Shown piece after piece: positions 59,557-59,613 of a stretch of 59,613 nucleotides of DNA; the stretch's first letter is position 1, and each line of letters opens with the position of its first letter. Source of the stretch: Acidobacteriota bacterium (GTDB lineage Bacteria > Acidobacteriota > Vicinamibacteria > Vicinamibacterales > CAVVIG01). Position numbers and translations under genes: made by a program. Below the pieces are notes generated by a model, which was not told where the DNA came from, did not search any database, and saw only the letters and a program-made list of their open reading frames with translations. The stretch is taken from positions 1-59,613 of the forward strand of contig JADGOC010000004.1 in NCBI GenBank assembly GCA_017883165.1, read 5' to 3'.

Positions 59557-59613
59557 ATGGGGTGATGGAATGATGGGGTGATGGGGTGATGGATGGGGTG
59601 ATGGAAGAATGGA
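59557..59613 (+). repeat. ATGGGGTG octamer repeat (runs off window)
   Basis: Same unit as 27080-27119. Confidence 0.8.

Overview
GC-rich bacterial chromosome segment, most likely Acidobacteriota (Vicinamibacterales-like; inferred from gene style and short palindromic repeats, not from a marker gene). Mostly housekeeping: end of rfbBAC; a complete divergent arginine cluster (argCBD-argA-argJ-argF / argR-argG-argH); fabI; a sigma54 activator next to a membrane HD-GYP-GAF-GGDEF gene; a DHS-PIN-ROK-nagA operon; queC/queD; mntR; ubiE; a degenerate PilT paralog; cysM-mec-(CysO-MoeB-rhodanese fusion) followed by rrf2-iscSUA-hscBA-fdx-iscX; futalosine genes mqnD/mqnE flanking a cobalamin-riboswitch-controlled btuB-btuDCF operon; nadA; sodA. 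Signals not explained by the ORF track: (1) a candidate ~97-nt sigma54-dependent sRNA (1687-1783) whose G-rich segment is perfectly complementary over 12 nt to a hairpin in the leader of the c-di-GMP gene that lies directly behind a sigma54 activator; (2) a UxxC selenoglutaredoxin with in-frame TGA and a SECIS-like hairpin; (3) a ubiquitin-like sulfur carrier fused to its E1-like enzyme, with a palindromic repeat in the linker; (4) paired IscR-type operators linking cysteine synthesis to ISC; (5) several back-to-back, apparently leaderless genes; (6) an integron-cassette-like remnant; (7) a Rex-like box and structured leader at nadA. All calls were made by eye from motifs; no database search or folding program was run.
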